Below, piece after piece: positions 54,949 to 64,000 of a stretch of DNA of 64,000 nucleotides. The translations under genes and the position numbers were made by a program. This DNA is from Thermoplasmata archaeon. Lineage in GTDB: Archaea > Thermoplasmatota > Thermoplasmata > Lutacidiplasmatales > UBA184. Each line of letters begins with the position of its first letter. The first letter of the stretch is position 1. The stretch is from contig JBJKRJ010000057.1 in assembly GCA_046704665.1 (NCBI GenBank), positions 12,030-76,029 of the forward strand. The letters run 5' to 3'. Under the pieces are notes generated by a model that saw nothing but the letters and a program-made list of their open reading frames with translations, ran no database searches and was not told the origin of the DNA.

Positions 54949-56901
54949 ATGGCGGCCGCTGACGACAAGAAATTACGTCGCGAGCTGACTCGGTTTGACC
55001 TGCTCGGCCTATCGCTGGGAGGCATCATCGGGTCGGGCTGGCTCTTCGGGGTCAACAAAGCGGCCTACACCGCCGGGCCGGCGGCGATGGTCTCATGGAT
55101 CGTCGGCGCCATCATGGTCCTGCTGGTGGCTCTCACCTGGGCCGAGGTCTCGGCCGCGATCCCGCGATCGGGCGCCATCGTACGGTACCCGTACTACACT
55201 CACGGGAGCTACACGGGGTTCTACTTCGGTTGGGCGTACTTCCTGACCGCGGTCACCGTACCGGCGATCGAGGTCGAGGCTGCGCTCCTCGGTCTCAGCG
55301 CCGTGAACTCCCAGTGGTCGAACGCGCTCGCGCACGTCGGCACCGTCCCACAGGGCATGCAAGCACTCAACGGTGGCTCTTCGATCACGGAGCTCACCGC
55401 GCTCGGCACCGGTCTTGCGGTGCTCCTGTTCGTCTTCTTCTTCTTCCTGAACTATCTGGGTGTCCGGGTCCTCGGGAAGACCAACACCTACGTCACCTAC
55501 TGGAAGATCGTCATTCCCATCGTGACGTTCATCTTCCTGTTCACCCTCTTCAAGAGCGCGAACTTCACCACCCCCGCGTTCGCGACCAGCATCAACTCCC
55601 TTGGGATCAGTTCGAACGGAGGGTTCGCGCCGTTCGGGTGGAGCTCGGTCTTCTACGCACTTCCCACGAGCGGTGTCTTCTTCGCATACCTCGGCTTCCG
55701 TCAAGGTCTGGAGTACGGAGGAGAAGCGAAGCATCCCCAGCGGGACATTCCCCTCGTTACGATCGGCTCGATCTTGATCGCACTCGGGATCTACGAGCTT
55801 CTTCAGATCTCCTTCATCGGGGCGATCAACTGGTCCAACGCGGGGCTCGCGGTGGGCGACTGGCACGGGTTGAGCACCAGCGTTTGGGCAGGCCTGCCGC
55901 TCAAGTACGCGGTCGCGGCGGGCTCCGGGGCCGCCTATGCGTTCTTCGCGTGGGTGCTGGTAGCGGACTCGTTCATCTCCCCGACCGGGACCGGCTGGAT
56001 CTACCTGGGTACCTCGACACGAACGCTCTACGGTCTCTCGGTCGAGGGGTACTTCCCGCGCGCAGTACATTCGATCCACGAACGCTTCCGTGTCCCGTGG
56101 GTGGCCCTCGCGATCTCGTTCGTGATCGGGCTGATCTTCATGTTGCCGATACCAAGTTGGTACGCGCTCGTCGGGTTCATCTCGAGCACCTCGGCGCTGA
56201 CCTATGTTACCGGCGGGGCCCTGATCCCCGGTCTGCGCAAGTACGCTCCGAACCTCAAGCGGCCCTTCCGCCTGCCCGCGGTGTGGGTCCTCGCCGCGGC
56301 CAGCTTCACCGCAGCGGCGCTTGTGCTCTTCTGGAGCGGCTTCCTCCTGATGACCTGGGTGCTGATCGCGATCGACTTCGGTATCGCGATCTACATTGGC
56401 TACGCGATGCCGACCAAGCTCGGGGTCTCGAAGGGCGCATCGTGGGGACTCGCCGTGGTCGTCCTCGCGGTCCTCGGGGTCCTCGCGTACTGGGGCCCTC
56501 TCTGGTCGAACAACGGCACGACCACCTTCCTCTGGGACCCCGGGAACGGCGGTGCCGAGATCCTCTACTTCGTCCTCTTCGGGCTGATCACGATGGGTAC
56601 CTCGATCCTGATGTACTTCATGGTCCCGAAGCAGCACCGCCGCGAGATCGCGGCGGGCTTCTGGATCCAGCCGTGGCTCTTCGTCACCTACCTGGTGTCC
56701 TACATCTCGGCGTTCGGAGCCGCGGGCTACCCCGATGGCGCTCTTTCGGGTCTGCCATTCCCCGACGGAACCATCATCGCGGTGTTCGTCTCGATCGCCT
56801 TCTGGGCCTGGGCGGCGCTCTCGGCCTACCAGACCGAAGAGGCGAAGGTCATTGACCAGGAAGGCGGGCTCGTAGGAACGGAAGAGGCCGTACCGGCCTA
56901 G
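54949..56901 (+). CDS. APC-superfamily amino acid/polyamine permease
   Basis: GIIGSGWLFGVNKAAYTAGPAAMVSW is the APC N-terminal signature. About 13-14 TM helices. A GGAGG Shine-Dalgarno element lies 7 nt upstream. Confidence 0.85.
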   Translation: MAAADDKKLRRELTRFDLLGLSLGGIIGSGWLFGVNKAAYTAGPAAMVSWIVGAIMVLLVALTWAEVSAAIPRSGAIVRYPYYTHGSYTGFYFGWAYFLTAVTVPAIEVEAALLGLSAVNSQWSNALAHVGTVPQGMQALNGGSSITELTALGTGLAVLLFVFFFFLNYLGVRVLGKTNTYVTYWKIVIPIVTFIFLFTLFKSANFTTPAFATSINSLGISSNGGFAPFGWSSVFYALPTSGVFFAYLGFRQGLEYGGEAKHPQRDIPLVTIGSILIALGIYELLQISFIGAINWSNAGLAVGDWHGLSTSVWAGLPLKYAVAAGSGAAYAFFAWVLVADSFISPTGTGWIYLGTSTRTLYGLSVEGYFPRAVHSIHERFRVPWVALAISFVIGLIFMLPIPSWYALVGFISSTSALTYVTGGALIPGLRKYAPNLKRPFRLPAVWVLAAASFTAAALVLFWSGFLLMTWVLIAIDFGIAIYIGYAMPTKLGVSKGASWGLAVVVLAVLGVLAYWGPLWSNNGTTTFLWDPGNGGAEILYFVLFGLITMGTSILMYFMVPKQHRREIAAGFWIQPWLFVTYLVSYISAFGAAGYPDGALSGLPFPDGTIIAVFVSIAFWAWAALSAYQTEEAKVIDQEGGLVGTEEAVPA

Positions 56902-56976
56902 AGGGTCGGCGGAGGCACGAGCTCGAATCGGCGAACCCTCGAGAACGCCCTCTCCGGAGCCCGGGAGGGCGGAACC

Positions 56977-56996
56977 CCTTCTCCTTTCGTTTTCTG
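56977..56996 (+). terminator. Pyrimidine/T-rich tract (ccttctcctttcgttttctgg), an archaeal-type intrinsic terminator candidate downstream of the permease
   Basis: It is the only notable T-run in the high-GC 3' flank, about 75 nt after the stop codon. Confidence 0.35.
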
Positions 56997-57073
56997 GGAC
57001 GCGACCGGCGGGTCTTGGGGCTGGGGCGCTGAGTGCTCCCGATCGCGGAGCGGCCCGTGGAACCGATGGAGCT

Positions 57074-57931
57074 TCAGTGGCGACGGTCCCGCAGCAGGTA
57101 GAGCGAGGCCCGGCACTTGTCGCAGACCTCGGTATCTACGTTCGTCATGTACCGGGGGTGGGACTGGGCTCCGCACGTCGGGCACCGGATCCGGGGCACG
57201 GGGTAGAGCATGTTGGACTCGTCGGGAAGGTAGTCGACCGGTATCGGCTCGTGGCTTGCCGCCGGCAACCCTCGCAACGTCTCGAGCCGATCCAGGAACG
57301 ACGAGTACTGGCCGAGGAGCGGAGCGACCGCGACCGCCGTGTCCTCCCGGGGCTCGACCGTCACCGAAAGGATCGCCCCCATCCCAAAGATCGCGATCGT
57401 CGGCGATTCCGCGCGGCGCGGCCCGGCGGCCGCAGCATCGGTAAACATCCTCCGATACGTCGGGTCGCGCAGTGCGTCTCCGAGGACGGGGTCGAACGGA
57501 TAGACCGCCCAGCGGCGATCGAACTCCGCGTCGCCGGTCTTGGTCCCTTTCATGTCCCCCTCCCTCCTCCGATACCGCATGATGATGCGGTCGTAGTCGA
57601 GGTAGTTGCGGGAGAACACCCGCGGTCGGGGTCCGGCATAGTACCAGGGGACCGACTCCAGTTGCGAGGTCTTCGGGGGGACCAACCGGACCGAGGTGCT
57701 GAACCCGAGAATGACCTCGGGCGCGAACACCCGACCCCCGTAGAATGCGACCTCCCACCCCCGGCCGTTCGCCGTCCCGACGAGCCGCTTAGTCGACCGA
57801 GCGATCCTGTCCGCCTGGGGAGGAGGGGCACCTCCGGTGGTCAGCCCCGGATATCGACGGGAGAGCTCGGTCTTCGCACGACTCCAGAACTCGGCGGGAG
57901 AGAGAGGTTGGACCGAAGAACGCAGCGCCAC
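57074..57931 (-). CDS. Hypothetical protein with a C-terminal zinc ribbon (CPTCG…CDKC)
   Basis: 285-aa ORF with a Cys4 ribbon at its C-terminus. Confidence 0.4.
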   Translation of the reverse strand: MALRSSVQPLSPAEFWSRAKTELSRRYPGLTTGGAPPPQADRIARSTKRLVGTANGRGWEVAFYGGRVFAPEVILGFSTSVRLVPPKTSQLESVPWYYAGPRPRVFSRNYLDYDRIIMRYRRREGDMKGTKTGDAEFDRRWAVYPFDPVLGDALRDPTYRRMFTDAAAAGPRRAESPTIAIFGMGAILSVTVEPREDTAVAVAPLLGQYSSFLDRLETLRGLPAASHEPIPVDYLPDESNMLYPVPRIRCPTCGAQSHPRYMTNVDTEVCDKCRASLYLLRDRRH

Positions 57932-58075
57932 TTCCCGACCAGCCGCTCCAACCGACGGCGTGGCATAAGGTTCACCTCTCCTCTCGAGACTCTTCGGTCG
58001 AAGGCAGGCCGCCGGTCGGCGCGGCCGCTCGGCGCGGGAGGGGCGGGCAACGGGTCCGTAGAAAGGCAGGGGTCG

Positions 58076-58671
58076 CTAGCGATAGGGACGGATCCGGATC
58101 CGTCGGACGACGTGGGTGCCGCGCTTGCGCGTCGTCACCTCGCGGACGGTCACTAGGAGCCCGTGTTCTCGTGCGGCGTCGAGGATCGGACCGACGTCCG
58201 ATCGGGTAAGCGTCCCGTAGACGGCGCCAACTCCGGTAAAGAACAGATGCTGTTTCGCCTCGGCCCGCAGGTTCGGGTCCGGTGCCGGATCCTCGATCTC
58301 GAAATCCCAGCGAGGGTCGAGCCAGGGCAGGCGGACCGAACTCCCCGACCTCCGCAGGAACGTTGCTGAGTCCTCCCCCAGCGTGATCCGGGCGACCGGG
58401 TCGCGGAGGCCGCCGCGGTAGGTGAACCAGATGATCGAACCCCCCAGGACGGCGAGGAACGCCGCGATGAGCAGGTTCCCCCCGACCGTGCCCCCCGTCG
58501 AAAGAACGAAGAACTCGACCACCCCGATGGCCACAAAGGCCGAACCGATGGCGGTGCCCATCAGGAACGTCCGTCGTTGGTAACGGTAGCCGATCGCAGC
58601 CTCCCGCGTGAGGTCGATCACGCGGGTCTGGGAAGGGACTCGATCCGAGGAATGGCCAGGTTCGGGCGCCA
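58076..58671 (-). CDS. Membrane protein with two N-terminal TM helices and a PH-like (YdbS/YdbT-type) domain
   Basis: The start is trimmed to MAPEPGHSS, about 26 nt downstream of the TATA-like ttttcatat, which avoids overlap with dmpA. It resembles the 21967-22593 protein. Confidence 0.4.
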
Positions 58672-58835
58672 TCGGTCTGGGTCCGGCCACTCGGACCGAA
58701 TATGAAAATCCTCTGGAGACCCCCGGCGACCCGACGTGCTCGGCTCGCGCCCGCACGGGCCCTCGCCGCGAGGCGCGCGCCCGGTTCGAGGACGGTCCCG
58801 CCTCCGCTTTAGCCTCGGGACGCTCCCTCTCGGAG

Positions 58836-59909
58836 ATGATGGCCTCCTCGCCACGGCCGAGGGCGCGAGAGCTGGGGGTCCCGTTCGATGGCACGCCGGG
58901 CCCCTGGAACGCGATCACGGATGTGCCCGGGGTCGAGGTCGGTCAGCTGACGGTCGTCGCGGGAGAGTCGGTTCCCCCGGAGCGTCGCCATTGGGTCCGG
59001 ACCGGAGTCTCGGCCGTCCTTCCGAGAGGTCGGGACGATGCGGCGCCCGTGTTCGCGAGCGTCTTCGTCCTCAACGGCAACGGCGAGCTCACCGGAGCCG
59101 CCTGGATCGAGACCTCCGGTCGATTGGACGGACCGGTCATGTTCACGAACACCGATACGGTCGGACTCGTCCGCGACGCCGTGGTGCGGTGGGCCCGCGG
59201 CCGGGGCGTCGGCTTCGACCGGTGGTCCCTTCCCGTGGTCGGTGAGACGTGGGACGGCTGGCTCCACGACGTTGCCGGCCATCATCTCGGTGAGGAACAC
59301 GTTCGTGCTGCGCTCGAGACGACGCGCTCCGGGCCGGTCGAGGAGGGCAGCGTCGGAGGCGGGACCTCGGCGATCTGTTACGGCTTCAAGGGCGGCATCG
59401 GGACCTCCTCCCGACGGATCGACTCCGTGGGCCCGTTCCATGTCGGTGCCCTCGTTCAGGCGAACCACGGGCTTCGGGAACAGCTACGGGTCGCGGGCGT
59501 TCCTGTGGGGCGGCGGCTCGTTGCGAGGGACCCGGGTGGTCCGGAACGAGGGTCGATCGTGGGGTGCATCGCGACGGACGCACCGCTCCTACCGCACCAG
59601 CTCCAGCGGATCGCCCGGCGCGCGGTGCTGGGGCTCGCGCGCACGGGCAGCATCTCGGGCCACGGGTCGGGGGACTTCTTCGTCGCCTTCTCGACCGCGC
59701 GGGCCGAGCCCGCAGACCGTCCGCAGACCGTACGAGTACCGATGCTGGACAACGAGGCGCTCGATCCTCTCTTCGAAGCGACGGCCGAAGTGACCGAAGA
59801 GGCGATCGTGAACTGCCTCGTGGCCGGCGAGACGATGGTCGGCTTTCAGGACCACCGGGTGGAGGGCCTCCCCGTCGACCGGGTCCGCGTGCTCCTCGGA
59901 TCGGGGTAG
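58836..59909 (+). CDS. DmpA/OAT-family (peptidase S58) L-aminopeptidase / D-Ala-esterase-like Ntn hydrolase
   Basis: …SAICYGFKGGIGTSSRR… carries the self-processing Gly-Ser nucleophile region. The start is at MMASSPRP. Confidence 0.8.
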   Translation: MMASSPRPRARELGVPFDGTPGPWNAITDVPGVEVGQLTVVAGESVPPERRHWVRTGVSAVLPRGRDDAAPVFASVFVLNGNGELTGAAWIETSGRLDGPVMFTNTDTVGLVRDAVVRWARGRGVGFDRWSLPVVGETWDGWLHDVAGHHLGEEHVRAALETTRSGPVEEGSVGGGTSAICYGFKGGIGTSSRRIDSVGPFHVGALVQANHGLREQLRVAGVPVGRRLVARDPGGPERGSIVGCIATDAPLLPHQLQRIARRAVLGLARTGSISGHGSGDFFVAFSTARAEPADRPQTVRVPMLDNEALDPLFEATAEVTEEAIVNCLVAGETMVGFQDHRVEGLPVDRVRVLLGSG

Positions 59910-59954
59910 GCCCCGGCGCGCTCACGAGGGGGGCCGCCGGGCTCGAGGCGGCCG

Positions 59955-60881
59955 TCACTCCGGAGGGCTCGGAACCGCCGCGTCCGACGGTGCCTCGGGC
60001 TCCGGTGCCCGTGAGATCCCGTAGATGCTGAGCAGGACCAGGATGACCCCGACGAGCTGTACCGGGGCCAGGCGCTCTCCAAAGACGACCGACGAGGCCG
60101 CCAGCGCGACGACCGGCACGAGGAAGACGTAGGCGGAAAGCGTCGCGGCCCGGGTCCGACCCAGGAGCCAGAACCAGGCCGAGTAGGCGAGGGCGGTACC
60201 GAGGATTCCCAGCCAAAGGACCGGCAGGACGAGAGCGAGCGAAACGGTCGGGAAAGGGTACGGGGAGAGCACCGCGACGAGGACGAGGAGCCCCGCGGTG
60301 CCTCCGAAGAGCTGGAAGGCGTTCGCTTCGAGCATCTCCTTCCGATGGAAGCGGCGTTGAAACAGCACCGTCCCGATGGCCCACGAGACCGCCCCACCGA
60401 GGAGCTCCAGGACGGCCGTCGGGGAGGCGCCCACCGCGAGGATGTTCCAGGCCTCGGAGATCAGGACCACGCCGAGAAACCCGCCTCCGATCGCGATCCA
60501 GTGACGTCCGGTGAGCCGGTGCCCGAGCACGATCGGGGAGAGGATCGCGACCCAGAGGGGGAAGGTGTAGACTAAGACGGCGGCGAGCCCCGGGAGCACC
60601 GAGCGGATCCCCAGCATCACGAAGCCGTAGAACGCGGCCGTGTTCGGAAGGCCGAGAAGGAACGCGTCCCGCCGGCCCCGGGCGTCCAGCACCCCCCAGG
60701 CCCCGAAGGGGGAGAGGACGAGCGCCGTGGCGCCGGCCCCGATCGCCGCACGGAGGAGGGCGAGCCAGAGCGGGGTCGCTTCGGAGAGGCCCACGCGGAT
60801 GAAGATGAAGTTGAAGCCCCAGACGACGCTCAGGAAGAGGAAGAGAGAGCGGGTCGTCCACGGACCGGCGGACGAGGGCAC
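59955..60881 (-). CDS. EamA/DMT-family transporter
   Basis: 10 TM helices in two EamA repeats (…FLFLSVVWGFNFIFIRVGL…). Confidence 0.8.
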   Translation of the reverse strand: MPSSAGPWTTRSLFLFLSVVWGFNFIFIRVGLSEATPLWLALLRAAIGAGATALVLSPFGAWGVLDARGRRDAFLLGLPNTAAFYGFVMLGIRSVLPGLAAVLVYTFPLWVAILSPIVLGHRLTGRHWIAIGGGFLGVVLISEAWNILAVGASPTAVLELLGGAVSWAIGTVLFQRRFHRKEMLEANAFQLFGGTAGLLVLVAVLSPYPFPTVSLALVLPVLWLGILGTALAYSAWFWLLGRTRAATLSAYVFLVPVVALAASSVVFGERLAPVQLVGVILVLLSIYGISRAPEPEAPSDAAVPSPPE

Positions 60882-60986
60882 AGGGGGAGCCAGCCGGAAC
60901 CTCTCATAGCGCTTCGCGCGAAGCTTCGGAGGGAGGCCGGAGCTGCCCGGCCCGCCCTCGGCAAATCGAAATCGCCGGAGATAACC

Positions 60987-60994
60987 GCTTAAAC
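60987..60994 (+). promoter_or_regulatory. Archaeal TATA box (gcttaaac) 27 nt upstream of the pyrB ATG (leaderless)
   Basis: The sequence is ataaccgcttaaaccggagcc…ATG at 61018. Confidence 0.45.
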
Positions 60995-61017
60995 CGGAGC
61001 CACCTGCCGCTCACCGG

Positions 61018-61956
61018 ATGTCGCTCCGGGGCCGCGACCTGATCTCGATCCGAGATCTCTCGCGGGAGGAGATCGAAGAGGTTCTGGTCGCGGCGAAGAG
61101 GATGATCCCCGTCGCGGAAGGGACGAAGGTCGTCCATCCGCTGGCGGACAGGACCGTCGCGATGGCGTTCTTCGAACCGTCGACCCGGACCCGCCTCTCG
61201 TTCGAGTCGGCGGTGAGCCGTCTCGGCGGGAGCTGCATCACGATCGCGGACGCCTCGGTCACCTCGATGCGCAAGGGCGAGAGCCTCTACGACACGATCC
61301 GGATGCTGAGCTCGTATGCCGATGCGATCGTGATCCGGCATCCGAACGAAGGCGCGGCCCGCCTCGCGGCGCGCGCCTCCGACCGCCCGGTCCTGAACGC
61401 GGGCGACGGGGCCGGCCAGCACCCGACGCAGACGATCCTCGACCTCATGACGATGCGCGAGGTGTTCAACACCCTGAGCGGTCTCAAGATCGTGCTCCTG
61501 GGGGACCTCAAGTTCGGGCGCACCGTTCACTCCCTGACGCATGCCCTCGCCCTGTTCGGCTGCGAGATGGTGCTCACCTCGCCGCCCTCGCTCGCCCTGC
61601 CGGACCAGGTCCGCCGGCGGCTCGACCACCTGGGGGCCAAAGTCCGGGAGGAGCCGAACCTCCGGGCCGCGCTCCGGGACGCGGACGTCCTCTACGTGAC
61701 CCGGATCCAGAAGGAGCGCTTCGGCGACGAGGACGAGTACCTCGAGGTCGCCGACTCCTACCGGGTCGACAACGAGCTCCTGCGCGATGCGAAGCCGCGC
61801 CTTGCCGTCATGCATCCGCTCCCGCGGGTCGGGGAGATCGCTCCCGAGGTCGACGAGACCCCGCACGCCGTCTACTTCCGTCAGGCGTTTCTCGCGGTGC
61901 CGGTGCGGATGGCGCTCCTCGATGCGATCCTGGGCGGAGGGAGGAGGGGGGGCTAG
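61018..61956 (+). CDS. pyrB: Aspartate carbamoyltransferase catalytic subunit
   Basis: FFEPSTRTR (carbamoyl-phosphate binding), HPTQ and HPLP motifs are present. Confidence 0.9.
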   Translation: MSLRGRDLISIRDLSREEIEEVLVAAKRMIPVAEGTKVVHPLADRTVAMAFFEPSTRTRLSFESAVSRLGGSCITIADASVTSMRKGESLYDTIRMLSSYADAIVIRHPNEGAARLAARASDRPVLNAGDGAGQHPTQTILDLMTMREVFNTLSGLKIVLLGDLKFGRTVHSLTHALALFGCEMVLTSPPSLALPDQVRRRLDHLGAKVREEPNLRAALRDADVLYVTRIQKERFGDEDEYLEVADSYRVDNELLRDAKPRLAVMHPLPRVGEIAPEVDETPHAVYFRQAFLAVPVRMALLDAILGGGRRGG

Positions 61957-62421
61957 GTGTCCGCGCGCGAGCTCAAGATCACGCCGATCAAGAACGGCAC
62001 TGTCATCGACCACATCTCGAACGGACTCGCCCTCGAGGTCCTCAAGATCATCGGCGCTCACACGCTCGACAAGGACTCCACGGTCTCGGTCGCCCTCCAC
62101 GTCCGGTCGAACAAGCTCGGCTGGAAGGACATCGTGAAGGTAGAGAACATGGAGCTCTCGCCGCGGAAGGTCAACGCGATCGCGCTGATCACACCGACCG
62201 CGACGATCTCGATCATCCGGGACTTCAAGGTCCGTGAGAAGCGCTCGGTCGATCTCCCCGAGCGGGTCTTCGGCATCCTGAAGTGCCCGAACACCAACTG
62301 CATCTCGAACCAGAACGAACCGATCGAGAGCGAGTTCGTGGTCTCCTCGCGCCGCCCCGTGATCCTGACCTGCGCCTACTGCGACCGCGAGGCGACAGAT
62401 TTTCTGCACCACCTCGCTTAG
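61957..62421 (+). CDS. pyrI: Aspartate carbamoyltransferase regulatory subunit
   Basis: The N-terminal allosteric domain is followed by a C-terminal Zn domain (CPNTNCISN…CAYCDRE). The start codon abuts the pyrB stop. Confidence 0.9.
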   Translation: MSARELKITPIKNGTVIDHISNGLALEVLKIIGAHTLDKDSTVSVALHVRSNKLGWKDIVKVENMELSPRKVNAIALITPTATISIIRDFKVREKRSVDLPERVFGILKCPNTNCISNQNEPIESEFVVSSRRPVILTCAYCDREATDFLHHLA

Positions 62422-62439
62422 CCGGCCCGGGTTCGGCTC

Positions 62440-63063
62440 GTGGTCCTCGGGTTCCTCACCGGATTCGCCATCGTCTTTCTCGTCGTCGGAGGACTCGAGC
62501 TCTTCGACCGGACGAGCTTCGCGACGATCGCCCTGTCCCTGCATGCCCACGCGCGCGGCACCTGGGGCGGGGCCGCGACCGCCTTCGTCGTGACGAGCGC
62601 CATCTCGGTGACGATCGGGCTCGCGCTGGTCACGGCTCTCGGTCCGGGCAACCTCGGCTACCTCCGGGTCGGCGGGGGGGCCTTCCTGATCGCCTACGCG
62701 GGCTGGGTCTACTTCCATCCGGAGGAGGACCGCGCCCCCGAACTGCGCCCCGATGCGCGGTCGTCGTACCTCACCGCGCTCGTCACGATCCTCCTGATCG
62801 AGCTCGGCGACACGACGATGATCTTCATGATCCTCTTCGTCCCGGTCTGGGGGGGCCTCCTCGTCTTTGTCGCGGGGGCGCTCGCCCTCGTCCTCGTCGC
62901 GACCTGGAACGTCCTGCTCGGCCACGTCCTCCTGGGTCAGAAGCTGGGGGCGCGACTCCCGCCGCGGCTCTTCAATCGGATCGTCGTCGTCGTGCTAACC
63001 GTGGTGGGGGCCCTTACGATCCTCTACGGACTTGCGCCGGGGGCGTTCCCGTCGCTCGCGTGA
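62440..63063 (+). CDS. GDT1/TMEM165 (UPF0016) family cation (Ca2+/Mn2+)/H+ transporter
   Basis: The signature is present twice, as E-L-F-D-R-T-S and E-L-G-D-T-T (E-x-G-D-[KR]-[TS]). 6 TM helices. Confidence 0.75.
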   Translation: MVLGFLTGFAIVFLVVGGLELFDRTSFATIALSLHAHARGTWGGAATAFVVTSAISVTIGLALVTALGPGNLGYLRVGGGAFLIAYAGWVYFHPEEDRAPELRPDARSSYLTALVTILLIELGDTTMIFMILFVPVWGGLLVFVAGALALVLVATWNVLLGHVLLGQKLGARLPPRLFNRIVVVVLTVVGALTILYGLAPGAFPSLA

Positions 63064-63978
63064 GGGGCTGGGTTCCGGCTCGGCCGGGGAAGGGAGCGGG
63101 CCCCCTCCGTTCTCGCTGGCCGGCGCCAGGCGATCGAGCTGCCCGATCCAGGACGACGCTCCGCGAGGCAGGGCCCCGGAGAGCTCGGGCTCCCGGAGCC
63201 GTGCCGCGAGCTCTTCCGCCCGGTCGGGTCGGAGCGGGTACTCGAGCAGCGCGAGGCGGAGGACCGTTTCGGCACGGATTCGGGGGATCGTCGTCGGGCC
63301 GGCTTCCTCCACGATCGCCTCCCAGCGGTCGCGCGCGGGATCCCGCAGATCGTTGAGGGCCGCCTGTCGACCCTCGAGAAGCCAGAGCCGAAGAAGGGCC
63401 GGAGAGGGTGGCAGCAGGTGGAGGTTCTCCGCGATCGTGTGGGCGCGTTCGAGCGCCTGCTCGACCGCCCGAGAAGCTCCCTGGTCCAGAAGGATCTCCG
63501 CAATTCCGAGCTGCTGGTAGAGCTCGAGCGAGATGAGCCGGTTCCGCTGGAGGGCCGGGATGCTCCGCTCCCGCACCTCGCGGGCTCGCTCGCTCTCGCC
63601 CCGGGCCTGCAGAAGGCGGGCTTCAAGGTCCTCCGCCAGGGCGTCGAGCTCCCAGCGGCGGGTCCGGCCGAAGAGGTGTCGTGCGGAATGGAGGAATCGG
63701 CCGGCGAGCTCCTGATCGTCGGCATTTCCCTCGATGCGCGAGAGCCCCACCGCGAGGAGCGCCAACGCCTGGAGATGCCCCTCGGGGAGCTTGCGGGCCA
63801 GGACGGCCGCCCGGTCCGACTCGTGGCGAGCTTTCTCGGGCCAGCCACGTTCGGTGTGGAACTCGGCGACGAGCGCCTCGAAGAGGACCTCGATCTCGAC
63901 CATCTCGGCGTCGTGGCAACGCTCGATGAGCTCGAGCAAGGTCGTCGCGAGGGACGGTCGGGGTCCGACCACTCGCAT
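62995..63978 (-). CDS. Hypothetical helical-repeat (TPR-like) protein. The N-terminus is near the window end and the 3' end overlaps GDT1 by about 70 nt.
   Basis: 327-aa ORF, Leu/Ala/Arg-rich with helical repeats and a Pro/Glu-rich C-terminal tail. Confidence 0.35.
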   Translation of the reverse strand: MRVVGPRPSLATTLLELIERCHDAEMVEIEVLFEALVAEFHTERGWPEKARHESDRAAVLARKLPEGHLQALALLAVGLSRIEGNADDQELAGRFLHSARHLFGRTRRWELDALAEDLEARLLQARGESERAREVRERSIPALQRNRLISLELYQQLGIAEILLDQGASRAVEQALERAHTIAENLHLLPPSPALLRLWLLEGRQAALNDLRDPARDRWEAIVEEAGPTTIPRIRAETVLRLALLEYPLRPDRAEELAARLREPELSGALPRGASSWIGQLDRLAPASENGGGPLPSPAEPEPSPSRERRERPRRKSVEDRKGPHHG

Positions 63979-64000
63979 CGTAAGGAGGAGCGGCTCGACC

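Overview
The window is high-GC (about 68-70% overall; a few stretches fall to roughly 58-62%) and almost certainly archaeal. Three markers are essentially archaeal-specific: ABCE1/RLI, the RFC large subunit and MptA (GTP cyclohydrolase FolE2). TATA-like boxes sit about 26-27 nt upstream of many start codons, which implies leaderless transcripts, and a type-A RNase P RNA is present. The proteins are Arg-rich rather than acidic, so this is probably not a haloarchaeon; it may be an uncultured Euryarchaeota/Thermoplasmatota-like lineage, but that is inference. Coding density is high, and stop/start overlaps suggest translational coupling in several operons (ATGA, GTGA). Content is mostly housekeeping and core metabolism: acyl-CoA ligase, NUDIX, urocanase, tRNA-Thr, enolase-superfamily enzyme, Bcp, two aldo/keto reductases, RFC large subunit, OsmC, MptA, a MacB/FtsX-type ABC exporter, ABCE1, a SUF Fe-S assembly cluster (sufC-sufS-sufB, convergent sufD, separate sufU plus ferredoxin), tryptophanase, mre11-rad50, tandem SDRs, H+-pyrophosphatase, bacterial-type ThrRS, RNase P RNA, amino-acid permease, DmpA, pyrBI and a GDT1-family transporter. 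The most interesting locus is a minus-strand operon at 22644-26380: a putative [4Fe-4S] SufR-like regulator, CysM, a JAMM (Mec+-like) protease, and a single polypeptide fusing a CysO/MoaD-type sulfur carrier (ending in GG) to a MoeZ-like E1 plus rhodanese. This looks like an in-cis variant of the mycobacterial CysO thiocarboxylate cysteine-biosynthesis pathway that would need proteolytic release of the ubiquitin-like carrier. Other points worth a second look: a YbaK-deacylase/HAD fusion in an operon with a second HAD and a prenyltransferase-repeat toroid protein; a heavily N-glycosylation-sequon-rich surface protein; a frameshift-like region next to tRNA-Thr; and two TATA-promoted micro-ORFs. 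The many long ORFs antisense to real genes are high-GC artefacts.
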